Source: Microthyrium microscopicum
Lineage: Eukaryota
NCBI GenBank assembly: GCA_010405405.1
Contig: MU004231.1
Location: forward strand, 186,001 to 250,000
Length of the DNA: 64,000 bases
Direction: 5' to 3'
The notes beneath the pieces are model-generated. The model was not told the origin of the DNA, ran no database searches, and was given only the letters and a program-made list of their open reading frames with translations. Below are positions 1-13,267 of the stretch, one piece after another (positions within the stretch are counted from its first letter, which is position 1; each line of letters begins with the position of its first letter). Position numbers and translations under genes: made by a program.

Positions 1-1210
1 AGGATCATGAGTAAGGCCCGATGAGTGAGCTTTACAGGCTCACAGACACATTGGGGACTGCAGAACGGCGCGATAGGATGTGTTGAGGCTGGGACCTGGG
101 TGGATCGGGATTGAAACAGGTGGTGCATGGCGCCGTCTCATGAAACTGCCTGGTGCTGAACCTCATGGGCCAACATGCAATCTTGAAATATCTCGTATAT
201 CTTTTGCGTATAGCCGTATATCGGAAGTGTTTAAGAAGCAAATGTATGATGTGGTTGATGTGATAGTTACGAGGTTCAGTATCAGCGTATTCAGTCAGCT
301 TCCATGCTCGTATCCATGAACTACTGGAGATAAAAAGGGAATAGAATTATGTCAAATAGCATGTTGGTTCATGTGGTGATAGGTGGGCATGCGATGCAGA
401 GAACGGGAATACGTTTAGCGTGCAAGCGTGCCACAGCGGACGAGTGGGGAGCAGCAAAATGCCGAATCCATGTTCTTATTTTGGCAGCGTTTCCACTGAC
501 TGGTTGGTGTTGAGGCGTGGCGACTGTTTGCGGATGTTTCTTGCGACAAATGCATCGCGCACACGAGGCAGCGCGGAGAAGACGGCACAAAGTGTTGCTT
601 ATGTAGTTGTTGACTTGAGCCATCAGTATCAATAGTAGAAGTGGTGATGCTATCAATAGAGGTTAGCAGTTACTGGAGTCAGAAGGGACTCCCCCAGGCC
701 AGGCCTAGTATTATTTGTAACTGGCAGTTGCTGCATGGCGCAGTAGATCGTTCTTTCCTGCTTTTTCTCTAACCTTAGTCGCGCCTGCCACTTTTCTCGA
801 CCATTCTTGCTTTCTTAATCAGTCGCTCTTACCTCTCTTGGAGTCTGGACTTTATCCGTCTCATCCTACATGTACAGTACGCGGCCCAGCATCTTGATAC
901 TGACACACTCCTCCCCCTTTCATCCTACAATTACCACATCTCGACAAACATTTGGTTTCTTCAACACGTTGCTTGGTTGAGCTCGCCTGTTACCTCAAAT
1001 TCTCAACACCTGCCCGCCGCTTCGAAACACATGCTCCATTGACCTCAACCCTCAAAGCCAACCTCTCGGGTTCTTTCTCGTTACTCGACACCTTCCGTCC
1101 TCCTTATTTGGCGTACAAATTCTTGCCTGTACGTGCCGATAATCCCGAATTCAACGCCTGTAAGAAATGCAAGGAGCCAACGCACTGCGTGTATCCAAAG
1201 TTACGCCACC

Positions 1211-3399
1211 ATGGTGATTCGTCTACCATCTCAAGTCTCTATTCTTTCAAAGTCTTACCAGGCCAGCCTCACTTCCAACCTTGAAAACCTGGGACTGATT
1301 ATCGGCGCTGCCAATACCCGTACCACAAAACCCTTTTTCAACGACAAGTCTCCGGCATTTTCTCCGTCTAGATCCGTTTCCATCGTTGGGTCCGTTGGTC
1401 GCTCATTCTTTACACTTCTCGTGGCTTTAGTTCTGTGTCTATCGTCACTTCCTTCAACCACCGCTCAATCCATTTCTACCACCACCTCCTTTAGTCCCGA
1501 TCAAGTATCTGCCAATATTGAACTCGTCTTTGGATCCTATCAATCCGATAATACTCGATATCTTTTGGCGCCACTCGCATCGACTACAACCAGTACTATT
1601 CAAGTATGATATCAATGGCTCTAATTTTTTTTCCATGTGACGCTAATACCATTCCTTCAGGGCAAACTTCTTCTCGGCACTTTTATCAAGGCCAACGCTT
1701 CTAGTGTCAACTTTGTAAATACCAACGAAATAGCGTTTGTTTCGTGCGATACTTCCGCGTACGCCGATCTTCTTGGTCCCGTCAATACACTTATTTTTGC
1801 CGTCAAAAACGACCCCATTGCCATAGTCCTGTACAGTAATACAGCAAAAGGTTGCGCATACAGTCCTGGAGACAAAATACCTTCAACTTTTGCCTACTTG
1901 TTTTCCTTGACTGGCGCCCAAGCCAACGGATCTCTCACTTCATTTGCAGCTGGAGCTGGTGGCCACGTCGCGATTGCTACCCAAGCTATTTTCGAAATGA
2001 ACTCTTCTTCGGGATCATCTGGTGGAGGTGCTAGTGGAGGTGTAGGAGGACCAGGCGGTAACGCTGCAAATCAAGGCTCACAGCCCGGTGGCCCTTCTCC
2101 ATCTACAGCAGTCGCTATGATCATACTCTACAGTATTACTGGAGTTATCACTGCTCTGTTTCTTGTTATTATCATAACCGGTGCAGTTCGAGCTCACAGA
2201 CATCCCGAGCGGTACGGACCGCGAAATACCCATGGTCGTTCACGTCAAAGTAGGGCAAAAGGCCTCGCACGGGCAATGCTTGATACTTTGCCGATTGTTA
2301 AATTTGGCGAAAAGGAAGAGGAAAAGCCTGCGGATATTGAGTTAGCTGGTGCCACAGCTAACAGAGCTGCCACCACCGATCAAAAGACTACGGCCGAGGA
2401 AGGTGCTGAGATCCAAGACTCGACTAAACAAGAAGGCGAGCAAAGCAATACAGACCCTTCTAAAGAGTCAACAACTCCTCCAATAGCTGAAGACGTTCAA
2501 GGGTGCTCCATATGTACAGACGATTTCGAACTTGGGCAGGACGTAAGAGTCTTGCCATGCAACCACTCTTTCCACCCGACCTGTATAGATCCCTGGCTTC
2601 TGAATGTTTCGGGGACCTGTCCACTATGGTAAGCTAGTTGGTATTCTGTTGTTTTACGAACAATCGCTAACCCGCGGCCTTTAGCCGAATTGATCTCCGC
2701 CCTGAATCAGAACAAGCTCGCGATCCAGTAAACCGAACTGCTACAGAAGCTGATATTTTTCCACCACCAATTGACCCCGTGGAGGCGGCTAATCGCCGGT
2801 CTTCTCGACGTCAAAGCATGATGTGGGATCTGATCAACCCATCAAGAATGCGTGATGCCACTCCCCAGGAACGTATCGAGGCATTAAGAAGAGTTCGGGA
2901 ACAGAGACGAACAAGTCCAACCGAGGAGGCAGATGCTCGCAGGAGGCGTCGTCTTACGGCAAGGTTACACGATGTGTTTAGTATCCGCACTTCTTCTCGG
3001 CATGAATCTCCACCAACCATGTCCGGGAGCGTGCAACCCGAGCCTCGCACTGCAATCACTCCATCACGAGGGAGCCCATCTCGAAGAAGCCCATCTAGAA
3101 GAAGTCCTACACGAGAGAGCTCACCTCCTGCAACGATCCCAGAGCATTCACAGGCCGCCGTAGCCCCTACAACCTTACCGGCTCACTCAGCAAATGGTGG
3201 TACCGAAACTTTGACCACGGAACCACCAGCTGCTTCAAACTCGGAGATTTCTGATCCAGAGCCTCCAGCAACGGCTCCCGAAGAGTCTATACCACCTGCC
3301 CAGGCAGCCGCGACACCACCTACATCATCAACAAACCCCGAGTCTTCATCAGCCGCCCACGTGGAACCCGCTACATCAACCACCAAACCTACGACTTAA
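1211..3399 (+). CDS. Membrane RING-H2 E3 ubiquitin ligase (PA-TM-RING / RNF13-like)
   Basis: ATG 1211 in GCCACCATGG context. Introns 1604-1660 and 2629-2684 join ORFs 1133-1609, 1637-2632 and 2779-3399. Hydrophobic N-terminal segment, TM helix ([27 protein letters not shown]), RING-H2 [29 protein letters not shown] (last Cys formed across intron 2), S/P/T-rich tail. Confidence 0.9.
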
Positions 3400-4203
3400 T
3401 CACGACAATCACCACTGACATAATGTATAACGAACATAACCACCTACGACCAAAGAGCGCGTGCAAACACTACACCAAAACCCCCATAATTGCTCAATCA
3501 TCTGTCCTTATAGAACATGCGGTTTCTCCCGCGCGAGGAAAGCGTACTAGAAGTAATATTTCTCACCACTAATATGCATGGAGTTGCAAGGGAGCTTTAC
3601 CGTATCTGTGGCCACGCATTTGCCTCTACTGTTTGCTTCATAGTTGGTACATGTAGCTTGGTACGGTACGATTACAATGGTAATAATGAGGTGCTGGAAC
3701 TGGTAGAGGAAAAGAGGCGCTTTTGTTGGGGCTGGATATATGATACCAGATAGTGTGTGTGTATAGGCGTCCATGTTAGGACTTTATATAAGATATGAAT
3801 GGATTATAATGACGATTACTATTGTGCTGGTTGGGTTTACATGATCATTTCTTATCGAAACTTGAGAGTGAAGTGATGAGCGTGTTCGATCATGTACGAC
3901 TCGATGACATCAATGAGCAGTCTGGTCACAAATTCAGAAGACAAGAATGGAAGCGTTTGTCTAATGTACTATCCGTAACTCCATTGCATATCAAAACTCT
4001 ATATAAACAATAATCAAATGCTAAATTTCCCAAAAACACCACGCTATGCCGCCTAAAGAAATGGAACGTTCTCCGTTCCCAGCGCACCAGTTTTATGCAT
4101 CGCTAGACAGCCGTTCAAAACATCACGCCATCGCTTCGTAGTTATCAGCTCGTCTGATATCGTCATTTGCCCTTGACACTCATCACCAGAGCCCAGACGA
4201 GCT

Positions 4204-6151
4204 TCAAGCATCTGCAACTTCCACCAGTGTAGCACGCGCGCCTTTCCGCACAGCACCAACCTCCTCCTCATCCTCCTCACAGAATGCCGCCGCAGTCCTA
4301 ACATGCGCCGTCCGATTCTTCGTCCGCTCAATCCACGGAACCTGCGCCGCGCCGAGGAGTGCCACCACCGCGCTCGCCCACCACGGAAGAGCCGCCCAGT
4401 GCATCTTACTACCCGCGCCATACAACGCCCCCGCCACCGGGCTCGCAATAGTTCTACACGCGCCGCCCGTCGATGCAGCAAGGCCGTTGATTTTGCCGAG
4501 CATACTTGGGGACGGCGAGGCCTCTTTGATGAGGATGAGGAGAAGTGGGTAGGCGAGAATGCTAAAGACGTTGCGGACGAAGAGGCAGGTGTAGATGCCA
4601 GTGTAGACCCAGGTGGGTGGGAGGAGGACGAGGTAGGGAACGAGGATGTAGGCGAGGGGATGGCCGATGGTGACGATGACGAAGAGACGCCAGACGCCGA
4701 GCCAGGAAGCCATTAGGGGGAATATTATGCCCTGCACGGGCATGGCGATTATGCCGTTGATGCTCATTATGAGGCCGACGTTTTGGGTGGAGAGACCGAG
4801 ACCGCCGGCGACGGTGGAGATGGTGGTGAAGGGGTGGACGTCGGGTGTGAAGCGGACGTCTTGAAGGAAGATTGGGAGGAGATGGTCGTAGGTCATGGAG
4901 TGGTAGGTGTAGCTGTGTATTATGTTAGCGGTGTGTTGTGAGAGGTTTGGGGATGCGGAAACCTTACATTCCGAGTGCGGTGACGAGCACGATCACTGGC
5001 CATGTGAAGGTCTTCTCGCGGGTAGAAGAACTTGTTGACGAGGCACGGGAGAGTGATTTTCTCTCTTCGGTGCTACGTGGCTTGTTGGTGATTTGCACAT
5101 GGTCAAATGTTCCGTATGATTCTTGGGAGATGTCTGCCGGTGCGGAAGACATGGAACCCGCAGTGGGGATCAATGGAGTATGTGCGGTTGTATATTTCAA
5201 GTCATCGCGAGTGCTCCATGGTTGCATATCAGGATGGGTCTCATGGAGGAAGAAGTAGGCAGCAAACATGGAGAAGAGGAGCAAGACAGCACATATCAAG
5301 TTGGGCAAAAGATAAGGCAATTTGGCAAATAGACCATCAGATGGGAACATCAATGGCCATGAGGACGATGGGTCAGCAAAGTAGCCGCCTAGAGCAGGCC
5401 CAATGATCGTTCCTATCGACCATACAAATGGCATTACAGCAAATGCTCGGGCTGGGGACGTTAGCTTTCAGTAATATATACACATGCAGAAAGACACAAG
5501 AACAATCACAAAAATCACAACTTACTCTCGTGCTTTGGGTTTTGTGCTAGCTCTCCCACCATGGTTTGTATCACTCCGATGTTTCCATTGAGTAAACCTC
5601 CTAGGATACGACCAAGTAGGGCAATCCAGAAGCTCTCCGCGACTCCAAGGATGATTAGGGAGATGAAGGTGCCTACGGTTCCAATCAAAAGAACGGGTTT
5701 GCGGCCAATTCGGTCTGACAAGGAACCCCAAAAGAGTCCAGTCACTGCTTCGGCAAGAGAGAAGGCGGCGATGAGAATGCCAGCGTAGAACGCGGCGTCG
5801 CTCGGTCTGCCGACATTGTAGTAAAGCACAAGCTTCCACGCATATGGAAAGATTGAAGTCAGAGCAATAGGCTCCGACACTCTCACAAGAGCTATCTGAA
5901 GTCAGTCACATGTCCCGATCAGGAGGCATAGTGGACAAGACAACCAGCACACTCCCATCAAACTGCGATATCCCAAACTGGCAATCAATTGATCACCATT
6001 ATTCGCACTCGATGGGAGAATAACGCAGTTCGATGAGAGGACTCCGATGTCTTGTCCAAAGTTGTGGTTGTCACTTACCGAGTAGGAAAAGCTGTGTGGC
6101 GGGAAATTCATCCGGATTTCGAGGAAGTCTTGGTTTCTGTGTAAGAAACAT
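4204..6151 (-). CDS. MFS transporter (DHA1/ZIF1-like, 12 TM)
   Basis: Exons 6151-6079, 5891-5526, 5451-4968, 4912-4204 with canonical introns. MFS motif A (WGSLSDRIGRKPVLL), motif C-like GTIIGPALGG, multiple TM helices. Confidence 0.9.
5932..6058. repeat. Long imperfect inverted repeat (fold-back) filling MFS intron 1
   Basis: Outer arms TGGACAAGACA (5932-5942) / TGTCTTGTCCA (6048-6058) are perfect 11-bp complements; inner arms 5953-5969 / 6022-6038 pair with G-U wobbles in the transcript. Confidence 0.8.
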
Positions 6152-7606
6152 GATCTTTTGGAACACTTTTAATCTTACTGCTTGTCAACACGCAAATAGC
6201 ACTCTCTTCTCGTCAAGTAGAAAGACTTGAAGAAATCCGTATGCGTTTGACCTAGAACCCAAAAATTCCAAGCTGCTCTCAAACCAAGTAGAGGCACTTG
6301 AGCGTTAGTTAGAGTTGCGAATGCACCGCGAAGAGAGTTGAGAAGAAGAGGAAGAAGATGATGATGATGAGTAGATAGCGTAATAGACAACAGTGGCACT
6401 ATATCGTGAGATTGGAGAGAGAGGTAAGAGGGGAAGAGATTCTATGTTGTGGTGAGAGGGGAAGAAAGTTTTTTATCTTGACCTTACCGTCTCAATGGGT
6501 TTGTACCTTCCCGCCCTTATCAAGTGAATTTCTCGAAAGCCATGGAAAACCATCAATGCCCTACCCTACGCATGGATTTTGCTTCCCACCATATTATTGG
6601 GTAACACCATGGCGACAAGGACGATAATTGGCCGGATATTGAGTCTAGCAAGGCTCTGGGCCTCGTTCGCGCCTCTTACACCACCAAAAGAGGCATAGAG
6701 CGTAGCGAAATGCCCAAGCAACCAGCCATTCAAAGCACCTCAATTGAAGCTTTGATCAAAGGATCGTCGGCTGATTCGCCACAGCAGACTTTTTAGCTGC
6801 CGTTACTCCCGGGAGGTGGAGTCGGGATGGATGGATGCACATTGAGGTGGAGCACTTTTCATCTGTCAATCTTCATATCTCATGACTCTTTTGGGCCCTC
6901 CATAAACTCATATATCTTACTCTTTTTTATTGAAATGGTGCTGAATGAGCCATGAAAAGACGAGAAATTTAAAAGACTGATTCAAGAGGATTGTATCCAT
7001 ATCACATAGTGATTGTAGAAATAGTCAGCTTTCATGGTGGTTGATGCGAGGACGTTCTTGTTTTCTCTTTGGACCCTGCGCTACGGAAAGAATCGCAAAT
7101 TGAAGCACTTGGAAATTTGAAGTGCTATCATGAACATGAGATGTTTGCTAGAACCTGCCACATCTTGCAGATCTCTTCGCGGTAAAGGATTGCTTTACTG
7201 CCTATATCCTTGTTTATATGGCGGAGTAAAGAAGGCCAGACCATTCTTCACGATGCATTCAAGCTAAATCGGAAGATAACCCCTCGTTGGGACCGGATCA
7301 TCCACCATGGTCAACCTTGGCGAGGGACTATATATCTGGCTAAAACGCGTTTATGAAATCACATGCTTATCAGTTTCTTGTGTTTACGCAGCGTTAAACG
7401 CTATAGTTGGGATCATATATCAATTACTATGTACTACATAATCATTAAGTGAGTTGCAGAGCACAATCTTGAGCAAGGATACTGAACCCTTGCTGCGAAA
7501 ACCCTTCGATCGAATTGACGAACAGACCCACTCAGGACATAATCATAAGCCTCGTCATAAACCAGCACACTTCAATCTTCACACTAAGCTCGAATCAAGA
7601 CTCTAA

Positions 7607-8471
7607 TCAAGTAGACTTCTCACTTGTTGGAAGTTCAGCCGCTCCAGTCTTCTCGTCTGTCGAGGTACCGGCGACAGGTGCAGAAGAATCACCCTCTGAT
7701 GCCTTGGCAGCCTTCAAGTTGGCGAGATGGCGAGCCTCATTGTGGACATCAAGAACTTGCTTGTTGCCTTCAGCATAGAAGTTGCGAAGCTTGTGGCCAG
7801 TGGGTGTGCCAAGGGCAGAATCGAAGTATGAGTACATTGTATTCCATGCTCCTGCAGCTTTTTGGCTGACCTGGTACTTGTCGTCAGCGGCCTTGGCCTT
7901 CTCGGTTGCTTTGTATTTGCTGTCGAAATCGGCGAGAGCCTTGGTGAATCTGTTAGAGACGCCGTGTTGCTTGTCGAGGGCTAGAGCTCGTTCGATGACC
8001 TTATCGCTGATGACATATCTATGAACTGTTAGCATATATTGCCGAATTTTGGATGGAAACACGTACCCGTGTGCTAGATATTCAGCGATAACTCGAGATC
8101 GGGGCTTATCATCCTGGGTGACCTCCTCGGACTCGCCAGTTTCAGAGTCCTTCTGAGCTGGAGCAAGGTCATCAAGGCCTGCAGTAGACTTGACAGTCAC
8201 TTGAGATGAGCCAAGCTGGGTATTGTCAAGGAGCAATGCGGTCTTTGCGGCGGTCTCCTTCTCGAAGGTTACGGTAGCGGACTTGGCAGAGCTTTCCTCG
8301 CCAGAGACGGGGGTAACGGAGAGACTGCTGATCTTGCCACTATAAAGCACGCTGATTAGCTGAAGTAGATGTCTATCAGTCGGCGTGAACTTACCAGAAG
8401 CTGAAGAAGTCGCGAACTTCCTTCTCTGAGGTTTGGGCAGAAATGCCTTCGACGTGAACGGTGTTTGACAT
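7607..8471 (-). CDS. Vip1-like RRM protein (actin cytoskeleton protein VIP1 family)
   Basis: Exons 8471-8395, 8339-8067, ~8018-7607. MSNTVHVEGIS..EVRDFFSFCGKI RRM, 'AAKTALLLDNTQL', 'KPRSRVIAEYLAHGY' and 'DVHNEARHLA' are typical of the S. pombe Vip1-like family. Confidence 0.85.
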
Positions 8472-9347
8472 GATGGTGGATGTGGATGTGGATGTGGTCT
8501 TGTTTTGGGTATACAGTTGTTTTGAGTGGTAGTTTTGAAAGGGTTATGGAAAGGAGATGGTTTAAGAGGAGCAGAGGAATAGTTATAGAAGGTTGAATTG
8601 GATGGTGCCTACTTTCCCTTTGGCAGCGTCACACATGCACAGGGAGGAGTCGCGATTGCCCCGCCATACTGCATACTTTCTTTTGATCGGCCTACGTCAC
8701 TTGCCTACTGCAAAACTGCGCCCCTTTGCGTGGCTTTGGAATGAGATTGATGCCACACCACTGGCTCCCCAATCTAGATAAGACTTTGATCCAGCTCTGG
8801 TATACTTGGTGGCGTGCATAGCATCATACGAGATGAATGAACCTCCATTTAATTCTGTTTCCTAAGAAAGTAGTCTTGTTTCTTGAAGTCAATTCACATG
8901 TTAACGCTCCATGGAGCAGGGTTCTTATAGTCCGTGCACTGTGGAGATAAACTAGCCTGGAATGATATTTCCGAGAGTCTAGCTTCTCGAAATATAAAAA
9001 GTTTTGGAGACATCGATAACAGCCCCCACACGCTATTATTTTACCGGTGTCGACATTGACTCACCTATCGTTCAATTAGCTACTCCATCATGCCACCGAG
9101 CTGACCCGACACTGCATGCTACTATAAGCTGGCAGCTTTCATCAACCTCCGGGCGCGTAGTCCGCTCTCTACTTCTAATGGCCACCTCCCCTTGAGTCAC
9201 CATCCGAGTCGACTGATCTTCGAATCTTCCATATCACATCTTCGCCGGTTCTCTACCTTCTCGCCCCGCGCCCGCAGAACCAAATCTACGAGAAAAGTCT
9301 ATAACGAATCACTGTCCTCAGCAGGAGGCAGACGTAGACGCGACAAG

Positions 9348-12300
9348 ATGTATGCCAACTTGCGGTTCATCACGCTGCCTTCGGTAGATACTAGAGGAGC
9401 TTTGTTGGAAGTCGCCTTTCCAAACCACACCTATCTATTTGGTCGTGTCTGCGAAGGAACACAGCGTGCGGCTGTCCAAGAATCCCTCAACCTGGTCAAG
9501 GCTCGCCAGCTATTCTTGTCAGGGCCAACAGAATGGACATCAGTTGGTGGATTACTTGGCCTGCTTTTGACTCACTCGGATACTCTGATACGTCGCCTTG
9601 CGGGCATGTCGAAAGAACTGGTTGCCAAACAGCATGGCCTCACCGTACACGGAGCACCTGGGCTATATCACTTTATTGCAATGAGTCGGCGATACGTACT
9701 TCGATTTGGAGGCCATGTTCAATTCGAAGAGGTTTCGCAGAACCCGACAGTGGCGAATGTCTCGAAACCAGATTATGAAGATGAACAGATCAAAGTTTGG
9801 AATGTTTCACTTCTCCCAGAGTCTGAAATAGAAAATACCGCAGGCACGACTGAAGACGAAATGGGTACCCTGACATATCTCAAAAGTCTCGCAAATACAC
9901 TCTGGAATTCAAGCTATAATCGCGATACCTTTGTGCAAACCGAGCTACAACATGTGCTCACTCTTCAACAGGCTTGGGACTCGGAGAGTTCCGATCCTAA
10001 TCTTGAAGATGCTGCTCGTACCATTTGGACCATCGACCCAGAGACTAAAGATTTCCTTGCTTATAGCGGACCACTGCCAGGCGGTAAGATTCTCCTATGC
10101 GGAAATACGCGCTTGACAATAGCTTATACTACCCGAACATCTCGCGACTGTCATCGCATTTGATGGCTTCCAAGACTATATTTCTAGTAGAGCTAATGGT
10201 TCCCACTGACTGCGATGACTATCATAGTAAGCTCTAAAGATCAACTGGCAAACCCCATTTCATCTTTTGAGCGCGCTCGACACTGATGAGAGTCTTCGTA
10301 ATCATATGCTAACAAAGCTTAGGACCCGACAACTTGCCTGATCCAAAGCTCAAGGTCTTGTTGAAAAGACAAGGCCAGTTGAGCAGTATTGATACACTTC
10401 CATCTTTGCCTAGAAAACGTCAATCACAATGCTATATCTTCCGCTCTCAAAATTCTCGGGGCAAGTTCAATGCCGCAAAAGCCATGAAATTAGGCGTTCC
10501 ACCAGGTCCCTTGTTTGCCAAACTCACAAGGGGCGAAAGCGTTGAAACCGCTGATAAAAAAACGGTCAGTCCTGATATGGTTATCGAACCTGACAGAGTT
10601 GGTGGTGGGTTGGCAATAATCGATCTTCCAAGCCCAGAATATATCAAGGACTTTCTGCAAAGACCAGAATGGAAAGACGCGGCGCTGATGAAGGGCATTG
10701 ACACCATGGTATGGATACTAGGACCGGATATGGCAATTGGCTCACGGCCTGCATCGTCGGACCTTCTGGCTTTCATGAACGAAAACCAACAACGAAAACA
10801 TCTAATTACTGCCCCCGGCATTACACCGAACTTCCATTCAGTCTTATCGTCGGTCCGGATGGCGAGCCAGCTATCGCAAATTAGTCCCACAAATTTCATC
10901 AAACCAATAGGCTCCATGTATAATGCAGAGCCACGAGCCAAAGACACCGAAAGTATTCAAAACCCTACAGGTATGGTTACTTTGATCAAAGACTATGGCA
11001 TGGAGACAAAACCACATGTTACCCATTACAAGCGCAGCATTGCGCCTCCTGTCGATTTGGATATTTCAGAAGCTGTCAGTATGCTCGCCCAACAGGCAAG
11101 AGAATCTAATGAAGAGATGAAAGACGTGTTGGAGAAGTGGAAATCAACACTTGCACTACGAGACGTTGAAGTCATCTTCCTCGGTACAGGTTCTTCCATT
11201 CCTGCTCCAACGCGAAACGTTACTGGAATACTCCTTCGTGTTCCTGGCCATGGTAGTTACATACTAGACTGTGGGGAGAACTCTCTTGGACAATTGGAAC
11301 GCATATATCCTCCCCAAGAACTGGAAGCCATTCTTCTTGATCTACGCATGATTTATGTCTCACATCTACACGCAGACCACCATCTCGGCACCATCGGTAT
11401 TCTGAAAGCGTGGTATGGTCTCGTCCATCATTCGATCCCGCTGCCTACTGCTGGCACAGCCAAGGACGTGGTGAGATTCGCCTCCAAGTCTGCAACAGAA
11501 CGTGTGCGGCCCCACCTACCAATCGTGGCCAACTTTGAGACTCTCGCCGCGCTCTCTGAATTCGCTGAGCTGGAAGATATTGGATGGTCTCGCGTATTAC
11601 CCATCAACGTCAACTGGGCAAGCACCGACACCGCAAGTCAGATCCCATCGGCTGAAAACCAAACTGAAACCGACATGAACACGGGCGACGAACCGATTCA
11701 GTCACAGTATTGCCTCGTAACAACAATCATGGATCTACAGGGTGACGAAAAGTAAGACTCCCTTTAGCAAAACCTCATTTCTTGATGACCTTCAACCTTA
11801 CTCCCCATATCTTGTGGCTGCCACCGCCTGCCATCGCATTGCTTTGCTTGCATAGCTTGCTCTGGAATCTTGTCACTAATAGACAGAACGAGTCATTCAG
11901 CGTGTGCTGATTTCATATATCATTGAACTTTATACTGACAGATGTCTAGATCCTCTGCGTCTTTCACTCTCCTCCGGCTATCTCTCGCCAAGATCCTCGG
12001 CGGCGCTTATATAGATCTTTGCAGTGTCTACCATTGCCGCGGCGCCTCTGCAATGGCCATGCGCTTTGTATCTCCCGACCATCGAGACTTTAAAATCGCG
12101 TGGTCAGGCGATTGCCGGCCCAGCGCCAACTTTGCCATGCTTGGACGCAATGCGGACCTACTCATTCATGAGGCAACATTTGCCGATGACAAGCACGGCC
12201 AGGCGGTTGCCAAGCAACACAGTACTATTGGCGAAGCTGTCTTGGTTGCAGAAGCTATGCGCGCCAAATCACTGATACTTACCCACTTTAGCCAGCGGTA

Positions 12301-12928
12301 TCCCAAGTTTCCGGACTTGCATACGCTCGTGGCTCAAAAGGGTGATGGTCGTGCTGAGGAGGCTATGCGCCAGCTGCGCGAAATGGCTGAACTGGAAGTC
12401 CCGCCCTTCCATCCCAGTAGACAGAAGTCTCGGGTAATGGAGGAACTGCTTCCAGATTCGGAAGGGGAGACTAACGAACCTGTGGATTTGCGAATATGCG
12501 CCGCATTTGACTTTATGCGTATCACGATTGGCGAGATTGCCAATATGGAGGCATATACACCCGCATTCATAGAGCTATTCCGCGAGAAAGAGAAGGAAGA
12601 GCCAGAAGATGTTGAAATGCCTGGACTGGAGGATGGAGAAGCGACTGAAGCTGGATCAAAGTCAAGCAAGAAGAAGGAAAAGAAGAGAAAGGGAAAGAGT
12701 GAACACCAAGAGGGGAATAATGGCCAACCGGCCGAAAATGATGGTGAAGCAAAACTCAGCAAGAGACACCAGAAGAAGTTGAAGAAGCGGGAGTCTGTTG
12801 CGTCGCTGAGAACAGATATGAAAGAGTCGTCGGCTGATATGGTCGTGGAGATGCCGGCTGAAATCCAGGAGCCATTGGCTGATGACAAAGAGGCAGCGAC
12901 AGAACCCAAGGAGTCTTTGGGGAACTAG
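9348..12928 (+). CDS. TRZ1: tRNase Z, long form (tRNA 3' endonuclease, ELAC2/Trz1)
   Basis: First in-frame ATG 9348; introns 10084-10322 and 11752-11949. Pseudo-motif 'YLFGRVCEGTQR', flexible arm 'KLGVPPGP', PxKxRN-like 'LGTGSSIPAPTRNV', 'LDCGE', HxHxDH 'SHLHADHHLG', 'SGDCRP', 'HEAT', 'HST', 'LTHFSQRY'; basic NLS-like C-terminus. Confidence 0.93.
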
Positions 12929-13267
12929 AGACATTGCATATCAAGCGTTTGGGTACAGCGTTTTGATAAAGCGCCTGGATATTATATTGATTCACCACTC
13001 TACTTGTACAAATGTAAGATATTATGAGTTGTGCCCAAACCCGCTGCACAAAATGAATGCCAAATAGCGTGGTCCCACCCGCTTAGCTGACTGCGATGAC
13101 CTTCTATGAAAACAAGATTAAAGTGTAATACATGGGAGCCGGCGAAGTAGATGGTAGCAGCATCAGTTAAGTTGTCTAACGGCTTCCCTTTCAACGAAAC
13201 TGGCAGTATGATCTTTGAAAATTTCTCGCAAGAGAGCGACTTTCGTACTGAAATATACTACATACAT

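Noticed and set aside
1..1130. Short ORFs at the window start (32-241, 80-319, 369-656, 420-635, 952-1284)
   Set aside because: No recognisable motifs; composition fits promoter/5' UTR sequence. A gene may start off the left edge but this cannot be supported.
3073..3112. 15-bp repeat encoding SPSRR in the RING gene
   Set aside because: Ordinary low-complexity coding repeat, only ~2.5 copies.
10083..10322. Constitutive [D1,2] stwintron in TRZ1
   Set aside because: Removing the extra G at 10083 would frameshift the downstream catalytic exons; kept only as a possible minor route.
12334..12909. 191-aa antisense ORF over the TRZ1 3' end, and similar antisense ORFs over AQR, GH125, NDC80 and AAH1
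   Set aside because: Shadow frames of real genes; low-complexity S/F-rich translations.
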